Origin: Yuukianura sp. NJ FZ-2021
Taxonomy: Eukaryota
Reading direction: 5' to 3'
Assembly: GCA_046563655.1 (NCBI GenBank)
Contig: CM102287.1
Span: 558,001 to 622,000, forward strand
DNA: 64,000 bases
Shown: positions 1-9,127 of the stretch, in pieces
How positions within the stretch are numbered: the first letter of the stretch is position 1
Layout: every line of letters begins with the position of its first letter
Made by a program: the position numbers and the translations under genes
The notes under the pieces: generated by a model
What the model was told of the DNA's origin: nothing
The model's input: the letters and a program-made list of their open reading frames with translations, nothing else
Database searches by the model: none

Positions 1-1
1 C

Positions 2-802
2 TGCTGAGGCTGGGATTTGAAAATCGTAAAGTAGATTTTTCGCATCTGAAAGCTGACACACAAATTCGACATATTCGTCGGAAACATTCCTTTGGTTTTC
101 GGCACATTCTCTCTTCACAGTCTCCCGCATTTGTCTTTGCCTGGGGCTGAGAGAGTTTAAGTATTTTTCGTATTCACTCTTATAATTCTGCAATAACTGC
201 TGGTATACTGATTCATCCCCTTTCATCTCTCTCACCACTTGTGCCAATTTGCAGAAATTAAACGGGTAATCCTGAAAATGCTGTTTATGAAATCTGACTG
301 ACCTAGGGGTTCGTGATCTAAAGCATGCTCCTGCGGAGACTTCTACCTTCAAAGTGTTTACGATTTCTATAAGGTCGTCAGCAGACAAAGCCTTAAAAAC
401 CTCTGCATCACACCTGAACCCACAGTGTAGGATTCTGAATAAGTCGATATGTCTAACGGGTGTGTGATCAATCGGTATCTGAGACATGTACCATCTCTTC
501 TCGTGAGATCCGTATTTTTGTTCCGTCTCGAACTGATCAGGGGGTACGAGGCTGAGTAATTCAAATTTTTCTATTACTGTATCCCAGTTGGCCATTGCCC
601 TATCGATCTCTGTTTCTACTAGTTCTACTACTCTTGGGTACCCTTGAACAGCTTCCTTGAACTTGGAGGCGTCCATTACGCACAGCTTTCTTATAATGCT
701 GATGAGTGGCAAATCACTCAGTGACGTAAGTTCTCTTTGGATCTGAAGATGGCTTTCCTTTGCCGGTCCGTGTTTGGACACTTCTGTGTTCTTCGAATCC
801 AT
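2..802 (-). CDS. ORF4 downstream of pol, at least 267 aa, truncated by the window edge; F-box-like N-terminal motif; function unknown
   Basis: Manual translation from the ATG at 802 meets no stop down to position 2: MDSKNTEVSKHGPAKESHLQIQRELTSLSDLPLISIIRKLCVMDASKFKEAVQGYPRVVELVETEIDRAMANW...QLSDAKNLLYDFQIPASA. It is absent from the ORF track, presumably because it has no stop in the window. Confidence 0.8.
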   Translation of the reverse strand, partial: MDSKNTEVSKHGPAKESHLQIQRELTSLSDLPLISIIRKLCVMDASKFKEAVQGYPRVVELVETEIDRAMANWDTVIEKFELLSLVPPDQFETEQKYGSHEKRWYMSQIPIDHTPVRHIDLFRILHCGFRCDAEVFKALSADDLIEIVNTLKVEVSAGACFRSRTPRSVRFHKQHFQDYPFNFCKLAQVVREMKGDESVYQQLLQNYKSEYEKYLNSLSPRQRQMRETVKRECAENQRNVSDEYVEFVCQLSDAKNLLYDFQIPASA

Positions 803-929
803 TGTTTTTCTCAATATCCTGACAAATTTTGTATATCTAAAATTTTTAGTCAATAAGCCTATGGTTTACAGGCCTACAGTTTATATTATCCAACAGCGCT
901 TGGACACGAAAGATCCAATGTGCAAGGCT

Positions 930-3900
930 TTAGTCTAGGAATCTAACTGGTTTTCGGACTACTCGGCCGTACCTTGTCGTAACTACATTTTTCTCTTCGA
1001 CTTTTACTTCTTTATCTTTTAACTCTGCTTGTCTAATCTCTTCATCTTCAGAAGATTCTAAGAACTCTTCAGATTCTACATCAGAGGATTCCACGTCCTC
1101 TTCCAATTCATCGGTTTCCAACTCATTGGGAACATCCGACTCCAACGGTATTTCAAAATTCAAAATATTCGTCAACTCATTTGAAACTGCTCTAGCATTA
1201 TCCTTGCTGATCGAAATTCCTTTCAACTCTTCGGCTAAGTCATCAGAATTTTCTTGGGTGGGTCTATTACAACCGTCTTCCCCAACTTGATCTGCCGCTA
1301 CTCCTGGAGCGGAAAGTCCCTCACAAATGTGAAGTAAATCATCTTCAACATAACGCTTCAAATTTTCAATATGTACTCTAACTGGGACATCATCCGAAGC
1401 CGCACCAACAGGTGAGCAATGATACGCTAAGGGTGAGACCTTCTGTACAACAACATATGGACCTTTATACCGCATGGCCAATTTCCGAGTTCGGCCAGCT
1501 TTGACAACTTTAACTTTAATGAGAACCTTATCTCCAATGTCATATTCCAACGGGAGACGTTTGGGATCGAACAAACCAGCTTGCTTTTTCTGTGCTTTTT
1601 GAATACCAACCCGAGCCAATTCTCTGGCCTCGTGCATTTTACGAATCCGTGATGGGATGTCTTCCCATTGTCGCGATGTATCCAACGCAACGTCAAGAGG
1701 ATGGAACGGATGGCGTCCATACATGATATAATAGCTGCTAAACCCCGTACTCTCTTTGTGAACCGCGGTATTTAGTGCAAAAACAGCAGAACCTAAATAC
1801 CGATCCCAGTCCCTTTGACTCTGCAGCACATAATTAGATAAAATTTCTTCGATACTACGGTTACTTCGTTCAACTAGTCCATTGGTACGACTATGATAAG
1901 GTGTGGAATACAAGTTCACAGTTCCAATCAAAGAATTGAACTGTTTAAAGAAAGATGATCGGAACGTACTAGCATTATCCGTCTGAATTGATTTAAACAC
2001 ACCATGTGTTTGGATAATATCCATCAAAAAGTCAAGCATAGCTTTGGTGTTATTCGCTTTGATTGCCTTGGCGAAAATGAATCTAGAGAGGTACTCCACC
2101 AGTACCACAATGAACCTATTTCCTGACTTACTAGTCGGAAGCGGACCTATTACATCGACAGACACACGCTCAAATAAATCTCCAACCGGAATTGGACACA
2201 ATTTTCCAATTGGTTTCGTATTTCTCGATCTCCTAAGCTGACAAGTTTTGCAAGACTTGACATAACGGGTAATCAATTTCTCCATCTTGAAGAAAAATAC
2301 ACTCTGACGAGCCCGTTCTAATGTCCTGGCGACACCCATGTGTCCCATCATGACGTTATCATGAAAATGAGGTAGGATGGTTGATACCCAGTGAGATGGA
2401 ATCACCGGTAATAAATTCTGACTTCTCGGGCATTTATATTTTAACATGTCGCCATCCAAACTAAACCTCTTACTAAACTTCCGATTGGATGACTTGAGCG
2501 ACATGATGATTCTCACCAACCGATCATCTAATTGCTGTCTCTCAGCTAATTTCTCTGTAAAATCAACTGGAACTATCAACTGTAAATTGTACCAACTATC
2601 TGGAAAATCATCAACAAACTCGGAATTATCTTCCACTGGAAACCTGGATAAACAATCGGCTTGGACATGTGTTTTTCCATTGACGTGTTTAATGACATAG
2701 TCAATGTCCTGAAGGCGTAAAGCCCACCTAGCCATTCGAGAATTACGTAGATTCCGACAAGTTTTTAAGTAACAAAGTGCATGATGGTCTACCACAATGG
2801 TAATTCCCTTGAATCCAATATATTCCCTATATTTTTCCAGTCCCCACACGACAGCTAAAAGTTCCTGTTCTGTCGTACTATAACGAGCTTCTGCTCCTCT
2901 GTATGTTCTGCTAGCATATGCAATGACATGAAGAGTTTCTCCCGGACTCCGTTGATTCAAAATTGCAGCAATACCTTTGTGAGATGCGTCTGTGTGTAAC
3001 TCAAGTTCAGCACTCTCGTTAAAGAAGGCCAAAATAGGTGCGGAAGTTAACTTCTGTCTTAAGGTGTTAAAAGCTTCGTTTTCCTCAGAACCCCATTTGA
3101 AGTTTGCATTCTTTTTCGTTAAATTCGTTAGAGGTTGGGCTATCTGACTGTAGTTCAAAATAAAACGTCGGTAGTAACCGGTCATGCCGAGAAATGTTCG
3201 AACTTCGCTAATATTTCTAGGAGGTGGCATTTCCACGATAGCTCTAACTTTATCTGGATTAACAGCAACTCCTTCTCCAGAAATAACATGTCCTAAAATT
3301 TCCAATTTTGTTTTTGCAAAATGGCATTTGGGCGGCTGTAACGTTAAATTGAAAGCTCTAAATTGTCGCAGCACTTCCTCTAGATTCTTAAGATGGCTTG
3401 CGAAATCTTTGGAGAAAACGCACACATCGTCTAAATAGGCAGTGCATATGGAATGAATTCTATTTCCCAAAACTGTTTTTATGTATGCACTAAAAGCTGC
3501 TGGTGCATTGGTGAGACCAAAACCCATGTATAAATATTCATATGTGCCTGAATGAGTCACGAAGCTTGTCTTTTCTACATCATCTGGATGGATGGGAAGT
3601 TGCATGTAACCACTCATTAAATCAATGCAGGAAAAATATCGTGCACCGTTAAATGAAGACAACAATTCACTTATTATGGCCATCGGCCAATTCACAGTCT
3701 TCGTCACGAAATTTAATCGACGCCAATCAACTACCATTCGATATTTATTACTATCTTTCTTTTTAACGAGAGAGACACCAGCCGACCACGGAGATCGGCT
3801 TTCTCGAATGATCCCTGCCTTCAATAAATTGTTTACCTCAGCATCAATGATCTCTTTCTCCGCCGGAGATTTCTTATAAGGAGGACAACTTATCGGAAGT

Positions 3901-5006
3901 GAATCTCCTGTGTCTATTCGAAACATTACATCTTTTGCTTTCCCTAACTGATCTAGATTCCAAGCAAAACAGTCACCATACCGAAGTAACAGTTCGCGTA
4001 ATTGTTTTTGTTCCTCTTCTGGTAAATCCTTGTTTATGTCAATTTGATCTATATTTTCCTTTGTAGACTGCATTCTCAATTCACGAATGTTTTCTTCCGA
4101 TTCAACTTCTCGAATATGAACTCTACAGATATTTCCCACGTTAACTCCTCGATATAATCGGACGGGATGTGGTCTAGGATTATCTACGGGTAGATCAAAT
4201 TCTCCCTCGGGAATATTGGCTAAATACGGAATACAAATTCCCAGTTTGTCCAGGGCCACGTTATTCGGCTCAAATGCTAAAGTCCCTTGAATGCGATGAA
4301 TGGGAAACACTTTAACTTTGGTTGTTGCAAACGGTGGCAAAATTACTTCATCGACAGTTAAAACCTTCGGTTGGGATGGCTCATGTCTAACAACTTGTGA
4401 ATCTTCAACTTTATACAACATATTGATATCGATCTCCAACGCCTTCTTAGTCAACAAACTGAAAGTTTGTGGCTGGGGCATGCTGTCATATTTAAATGAT
4501 CCATGGATTCCACCTGATCTGGTAAACTTCAAAGCTAGACTGTGATCATCATGGAAATCATTTCCCAGGATGACATCATAAAAGGCTTTTTCCACCACAT
4601 GAAACTTGTGAGTGACGAATTCCCCTTTCTTCCGAGAGAACGTGACATTTCTGACTACAGTTCCTAAAACGGGAAATTTCTCTTTGTTGGGCATGAGTAT
4701 CTTATGACCTGAGTCATCTTCCTCCAATTCGTCTCTACGAACGTTATTAATTCGGATAAAACTAATCCCTGCACCCGTGTCAATTAAGCAGGAACATTTC
4801 TTCAGATTTCCTTCTCTTTGCAGATAAATGGTAGTTATTAAATTGCCCTTATTCATCCCTGTACCGCAGTTCATTCTGTTATCATCAAATGAAACATTGG
4901 TAAGCAGTGAATAAACCGGAACAATTTCGACTTTGTTTGATTTTAGTGAAGGCTTTGCACTAGATTCGTCATCAGCCCTTCCTACTGATGCACTCTGGCG
5001 TTTCCC
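930..5006 (-). CDS. pol: Pol polyprotein (aspartic protease, RT, RNase H, integrase); frame stays open from the slippery site at 5006, first ATG at 4874
   Basis: Motifs: LIDTGA (PR); SPWSAGVSLVKKKD, YMGFGLTNAPAAF and YLDD (RT); ELHTDAS, TEQELLA and VVDHHAL (RH); HHCC, SVDVIG/QTDNA/GLVERSN and KGPY (INT). Acidic C-terminal tail. Confidence 0.97.
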   Translation of the reverse strand, partial: GKRQSASVGRADDESSAKPSLKSNKVEIVPVYSLLTNVSFDDNRMNCGTGMNKGNLITTIYLQREGNLKKCSCLIDTGAGISFIRINNVRRDELEEDDSGHKILMPNKEKFPVLGTVVRNVTFSRKKGEFVTHKFHVVEKAFYDVILGNDFHDDHSLALKFTRSGGIHGSFKYDSMPQPQTFSLLTKKALEIDINMLYKVEDSQVVRHEPSQPKVLTVDEVILPPFATTKVKVFPIHRIQGTLAFEPNNVALDKLGICIPYLANIPEGEFDLPVDNPRPHPVRLYRGVNVGNICRVHIREVESEENIRELRMQSTKENIDQIDINKDLPEEEQKQLRELLLRYGDCFAWNLDQLGKAKDVMFRIDTGDSLPISCPPYKKSPAEKEIIDAEVNNLLKAGIIRESRSPWSAGVSLVKKKDSNKYRMVVDWRRLNFVTKTVNWPMAIISELLSSFNGARYFSCIDLMSGYMQLPIHPDDVEKTSFVTHSGTYEYLYMGFGLTNAPAAFSAYIKTVLGNRIHSICTAYLDDVCVFSKDFASHLKNLEEVLRQFRAFNLTLQPPKCHFAKTKLEILGHVISGEGVAVNPDKVRAIVEMPPPRNISEVRTFLGMTGYYRRFILNYSQIAQPLTNLTKKNANFKWGSEENEAFNTLRQKLTSAPILAFFNESAELELHTDASHKGIAAILNQRSPGETLHVIAYASRTYRGAEARYSTTEQELLAVVWGLEKYREYIGFKGITIVVDHHALCYLKTCRNLRNSRMARWALRLQDIDYVIKHVNGKTHVQADCLSRFPVEDNSEFVDDFPDSWYNLQLIVPVDFTEKLAERQQLDDRLVRIIMSLKSSNRKFSKRFSLDGDMLKYKCPRSQNLLPVIPSHWVSTILPHFHDNVMMGHMGVARTLERARQSVFFFKMEKLITRYVKSCKTCQLRRSRNTKPIGKLCPIPVGDLFERVSVDVIGPLPTSKSGNRFIVVLVEYLSRFIFAKAIKANNTKAMLDFLMDIIQTHGVFKSIQTDNASTFRSSFFKQFNSLIGTVNLYSTPYHSRTNGLVERSNRSIEEILSNYVLQSQRDWDRYLGSAVFALNTAVHKESTGFSSYYIMYGRHPFHPLDVALDTSRQWEDIPSRIRKMHEARELARVGIQKAQKKQAGLFDPKRLPLEYDIGDKVLIKVKVVKAGRTRKLAMRYKGPYVVVQKVSPLAYHCSPVGAASDDVPVRVHIENLKRYVEDDLLHICEGLSAPGVAADQVGEDGCNRPTQENSDDLAEELKGISISKDNARAVSNELTNILNFEIPLESDVPNELETDELEEDVESSDVESEEFLESSEDEEIRQAELKDKEVKVEEKNVVTTRYGRVVRKPVRFLD
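4948..5006 (-). promoter_or_regulatory. Programmed -1 ribosomal frameshift signal: G_GGA_AAC plus a candidate pseudoknot
   Basis: Heptamer at 5006-5000 lies in the gag frame; pol is in the -1 frame with no stop between 5006 and 4874. Downstream stem CATCAG (4990-4985)/CTGATG (4975-4970); loop GAAGG (4981-4977) is complementary to CCTTC (4952-4948). Confidence 0.85.
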
Positions 5007-6532
5007 TGCGGTTGTGTGGTTTGCGTGGATGAGGTGGCAACTTGCTGTCGATTAGGGCATTGCATCATACGATGCGGCCCACCACAGTTCCAACAGGCAA
5101 GTGACATCACATACCCGCGACCTCGACCTCGGAAGTTGTTAGCTGGGAATCTAGGGCGTGGCCAAACATTTGCTTGCGCTGCCAAGCCTCCATAAACCTG
5201 ATTCACAGGTATGCGAGGGCCTTGACCTGGAATTGCCCTACCTCTATAACCATGGCCTGCCATTCCTCTGTAGCCTTTGAATTTTCCTCTCTGCTGATCC
5301 TGAACTTTCAGAGCTTTATCGAATTTCTTCATTGAATCTTTGAAAGAATCTTCTGGGTCACTGTCATTGCCTACTACTATGTTGTGTAACTGAGCAGTGA
5401 CCTTCCCAACGTCGCCGCTAGTCTTCTTTCTCTTCATCATGAACTCATAATTTTCCTTCTCAATCAAAAACTTCATAACGTCCTTTGACGTCTTCGGTTG
5501 CCTCAAGAAAATTTCCTGACTAACATCTGGTGTTAGTCCCTTCAAAAGAAAATTGACTCGTTTCTCCTCCTTCATAACCGTACCTTGACTTTTATCCAAT
5601 TGATCACACAAGCGACCAATTTTGCCACAATAATCCTCAACAGATTCTTTGGGTGCTCTTTTCATTTGAGTGAGTTTAAACTCAAGCTCCTCTTCCGTTA
5701 GACGAGAACGGAAATCAGTTTGGAAAGCTTCTTTCAGGTCTTTCCAAGTGACCTCAATGGGTTGCCCTGCCGCATCCTTATGGGCTGGGTCTCTTTCCCA
5801 ATCCGTCATGAAATTCAAAAACCATGTCTTTGCATATTTCCGGAGATACAACGGGAAATTCTTCACCTTAGTTGAAGAGTCCCAATGCTGGTTGGCTGCA
5901 ATGGCCTTGAACGTGCTCAAAAAGTTCGATGCCGGAAACCCACGTTTCCCTTCAAACAAAACATCCCCTGGGGGTGTCCACATCGATACAATCATGCTGG
6001 TCGGAGGTGGAGCTTGAACGACGCTCCCAGCGATAGCCGCGGTGCTACTTGCACCAGCTTGGGGTACAGCAACCTGCGCGGTAGAAGCCTGTGCCATACT
6101 AGTTGGATCGGCCATTGAACTTGACTCGCCCTCAGGAATTTTATTTGCCTCTGATTCGCTTTTAACCCTATCTCTCCGAGAAAGAATACTAGTTATGCTT
6201 TCTAAGGATACGTCAGCCTCCTGATCAGATCCTCCTGACTCTATAGATCGAAAAGTTTCGTCTGTGCCTGACGGTACTTCCTCGATATCAGAAGCGAGTT
6301 GTGAAATACTAACTTCAATAATCCCTGAATCGCTTGGTCTGGAAGTCTGAGGTAATGTACCTACCTCCGGTACCGCAACACCTGTAGACGAGCCTGGGGG
6401 TTGATCACCTTGATTTGGTGACTTCGACTTCCCTCTGGCTTGTTTCAAAACAATGGACAAATCGTGAACTCCAAATTCTGGTTCTTGTTGTTGTTTTCTA
6501 GTTCGCGGTGGACTTGAACCTCCTTCGCTCAT
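4982..6532 (-). CDS. gag: Gag, 516 aa
   Basis: Low-complexity N-terminus; capsid-like region (FLSTFKAIA...YAKTWF...TWKDLKEAF...ESVEDY); C-terminal zinc knuckle CWNCGGPHRMMQC; lies directly upstream of pol. Confidence 0.93.
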   Translation of the reverse strand: MSEGGSSPPRTRKQQQEPEFGVHDLSIVLKQARGKSKSPNQGDQPPGSSTGVAVPEVGTLPQTSRPSDSGIIEVSISQLASDIEEVPSGTDETFRSIESGGSDQEADVSLESITSILSRRDRVKSESEANKIPEGESSSMADPTSMAQASTAQVAVPQAGASSTAAIAGSVVQAPPPTSMIVSMWTPPGDVLFEGKRGFPASNFLSTFKAIAANQHWDSSTKVKNFPLYLRKYAKTWFLNFMTDWERDPAHKDAAGQPIEVTWKDLKEAFQTDFRSRLTEEELEFKLTQMKRAPKESVEDYCGKIGRLCDQLDKSQGTVMKEEKRVNFLLKGLTPDVSQEIFLRQPKTSKDVMKFLIEKENYEFMMKRKKTSGDVGKVTAQLHNIVVGNDSDPEDSFKDSMKKFDKALKVQDQQRGKFKGYRGMAGHGYRGRAIPGQGPRIPVNQVYGGLAAQANVWPRPRFPANNFRGRGRGYVMSLACWNCGGPHRMMQCPNRQQVATSSTQTTQPQGNARVHQ

Positions 6533-6662
6533 TCCACGTTAACTTTAGAATAAAACAAACCATATAAACTCCACCGGACTTGTTGTTTGCGTATCAATTT
6601 ATTTTTCCAGAAGTGTAAATAAATAAATGAATAAATAGGGGTTTCCACACTACTGGACTTTC

Positions 6663-8045
6663 TTAAGTACAAAACCAGCAAACTAGTACCACAACTATGA
6701 CTACAACAGTAGTGCTACCTAACGCTATCCCTGTTAATGGTAGGCCACCGATAGGTTCTGACACTACCAAAGCCTCAGCGGAATTGCATGGCAACTCCAA
6801 ATAGTCCATTAAGGGCTTCACGGAATGTAAGACCAAATTGGTGTCAAAATCTAAGATATGGCTACCATTATATGTGGTGTAGCCTTCCGGATGGATATCA
6901 ATTACGTTAAATGCCTGGGTGAGATTAGTAAGTTGGGGTAGCATGCCTTGTGAGTAGGTCCATTCTTGCAGGAATCTTTGATGTATATAGTACTGTTTCC
7001 AGCCGTTCTCTAACTGTAAATACAGTCGTTTTGGGGATGCCAATACACCGATAACTCTAGTTTCATTGATTCCTAGTTCTGTCATTGGTTTGGGATACCC
7101 GGGTGATAATGTTGCTGCGAACCCAAACTCCCAGAGTTGATCATCACCAATGAGAAATGTTTTCTCATAAAATCGGAAAATTAACTCAATTCCCATGTTC
7201 GGTGGGTAATGTTGAAAATAGTTGGCATTGAAAACTTTGTACGGAAAAGAGACTTTTCCCTTTGAAAGGCGATAATGGTAGTTGTCATTAAAAATGAAGA
7301 ACTCATTTCCCCACTTTAAAACATGTTCAAAATTCTCCTTACACATACTTTGTATCAAGTTATCCAAGGTAGGGGATGCGTCTCTCCTACCATGCGATAG
7401 ATTGCGACTGAATCTATAAAGATCACGTAAGGCATTTCTATCCCTTTTTCCAATAGACATGTTTTTGTCAATGAGATGATACATCGGATGCATCACTGAT
7501 CCTGGTACTTCAGAGTGTGATAAGCCTAGTGCATGCCCTATCTCGTGAACCATAACTGAAAATACATCTACCCCTATTCTACCAGGTGTGGTAGTCCAAT
7601 TTTCGGCTGCATCAAAATGAATGTCTCCGCCTAACCCAACATTCGGGTAGTAGGCGTGTGCTAGGATCCCTCCTACACCGTCAAAAACCATGACGTCGCC
7701 ATGATAGCCTTTTGCAAATTGAATTGAAATGTCAACAGTTTCATTGACTCTACGACTAAACGTAAAATTCGAAATCTCTTCCCATTTTTGAAAAGCAAAC
7801 TCAAAGTTCTCTATCAAATCTCGAAAATCCATCGTATTGGGAATGTCTCCTTTGACGTCCCAAGTTAAATTTGAAGTTTTCCACTTCCGATCCAAAATTT
7901 GTCTCCGTCTCCTCATCGGGTACTCCATCCCTTCGTGACAGCGGATGGTATCCTCGTTCTCGTAACTGAGAACGGTAGCCATTGTGGTTGTTGTACAGAT
8001 CAAGGTCATCACCCAAACCGAAATAAATCCTATCATCCTTGTCAT
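6663..8045 (-). CDS. Matrix metalloproteinase (M10A/matrixin), predicted membrane-anchored, intronless, 460 aa
   Basis: Hydrophobic N-terminal signal, RRRR furin-type site, KWKTSNLTW, HGD..FDGVGGILAHAYYP..GGDIHFD, zinc motif HEIGHALGLSHS, Met-turn SVMHP, Cys-bounded hemopexin-like region with GYPK, and hydrophobic C-terminus VVVIVVVLVCWFCT. Confidence 0.95.
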   Translation of the reverse strand: MTRMIGFISVWVMTLICTTTTMATVLSYENEDTIRCHEGMEYPMRRRRQILDRKWKTSNLTWDVKGDIPNTMDFRDLIENFEFAFQKWEEISNFTFSRRVNETVDISIQFAKGYHGDVMVFDGVGGILAHAYYPNVGLGGDIHFDAAENWTTTPGRIGVDVFSVMVHEIGHALGLSHSEVPGSVMHPMYHLIDKNMSIGKRDRNALRDLYRFSRNLSHGRRDASPTLDNLIQSMCKENFEHVLKWGNEFFIFNDNYHYRLSKGKVSFPYKVFNANYFQHYPPNMGIELIFRFYEKTFLIGDDQLWEFGFAATLSPGYPKPMTELGINETRVIGVLASPKRLYLQLENGWKQYYIHQRFLQEWTYSQGMLPQLTNLTQAFNVIDIHPEGYTTYNGSHILDFDTNLVLHSVKPLMDYLELPCNSAEALVVSEPIGGLPLTGIALGSTTVVVIVVVLVCWFCT

Positions 8046-8287
8046 TCTAAGAAGATAAATAAAAGGAATTTCAACAATTCCAGTTTCCTAACCTTAACGT
8101 CCAAGTTGTATAAGGTAGGTGACCCATAAATCTTCGGGTCAATCACCCCTCTAGTATTAGGGTCGGACCAGTTCCTCTCACAATCCCAAAACTTTAAAAT
8201 CTCTAATGCCCTCTTCCGGAGGCATGGGGTATACTCCAAAATAAAATTGACAACGAGCCTTAGGCTGCTGGCCCGGTCAGATGGCAT
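8042..8287 (-). CDS. Possible 81-aa upstream ORF whose stop overlaps the MMP start (ATGA)
   Basis: Listed in the ORF track; TGA at 8044-8042 overlaps ATG at 8045-8043. No recognisable motif, and its 3' end doubles as a polypyrimidine tract, so it may be non-coding. Confidence 0.25.
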   Translation of the reverse strand: MPSDRASSLRLVVNFILEYTPCLRKRALEILKFWDCERNWSDPNTRGVIDPKIYGSPTLYNLDVKVRKLELLKFLLFIFLE

Positions 8288-9106
8288 GGATTGTGAATTT
8301 CTGTTGAGCTTTCACAGCTCTATAAGCTTTCACAGCTTTCAAAAATATGAACAATGCCTTTACATTCTTCGGTAGTCCCTTGGGCCCTCTACTACCTTAG
8401 CCATCTTACTGAAGGAACATCCCTAACACCTACATCAATACCCTAACTATGATGGACCGCCCAGTTAAGGCGGGTCCACGCCCCTTCGGATCCATCGTGA
8501 TATCTCTAAGTGACCACTCCCCAATCTTGTTCCTACATACTAACCTGTCTCTCGGGAGGTCATGACTCCACCCTCACCAAGTTTTCTGATTATCCATGCC
8601 AAAAGGGCAGCTGCAGGGCAAAGCCACATACTACAGCCCGGTCAAAGTTTTCACCGTTTGCCAAGGTCATCGAATGACCCGACTGGTCCTTTTCACAAGG
8701 ATACAATACCAGTCCTTCCCGGATACGGAACTCAAGTTCTGTAATCACTTAAAGTCCTACTCCATTGGCCTATCCTAGCCCTTGGAGGGTCAATTGTCTA
8801 GTGACTAAAAGTCCTTAAAATTAGTTAACCGACCTAGAAGAAATCTAACCTAACTTATCGTTCCCTAAAAATAAATAACCTAGACAGAAAGGAAATTACT
8901 AGCCAACTATAACATCTCCTATTGTCCCTTTTGTGGACTGTTTCGTTGGGACAATCCTTTGGTCAGAACCGAAGTGGTACCTTTCTCACACCATACCTTC
9001 TACTATCTGAACAGAGGTGCCCATGACCCCTTCTACCTTCTACTGGACGAAATCCCTATTGTTCCAAAAACAAATCCTGAAGACAATAGCGACTTCCATG
9101 ACAACC

Positions 9107-9125
9107 AATCCTGTCACGGTCGCCA
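9107..9125 (-). promoter_or_regulatory. Primer-binding site complementary to the tRNA-Arg(TCG) 3' end
   Basis: Minus strand reads TGGCGACCGTGACAGGATT, 2 nt after the LTR-terminal CA. It matches the insect tRNA-Arg 3' end as I recall it (AATCCTGTCACGGTCG-CCA), the PBS type used by 412/mdg1-like elements. Confidence 0.9.
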
Positions 9126-9127
9126 GT

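Noticed and set aside
930..1400. Chromodomain at the integrase C-terminus
   Set aside because: The tail is acidic and low-complexity, without the aromatic-cage pattern.
1427..6224. Short ORFs overlapping gag and pol
   Set aside because: Antisense or alternate-frame shadows of long coding sequences.
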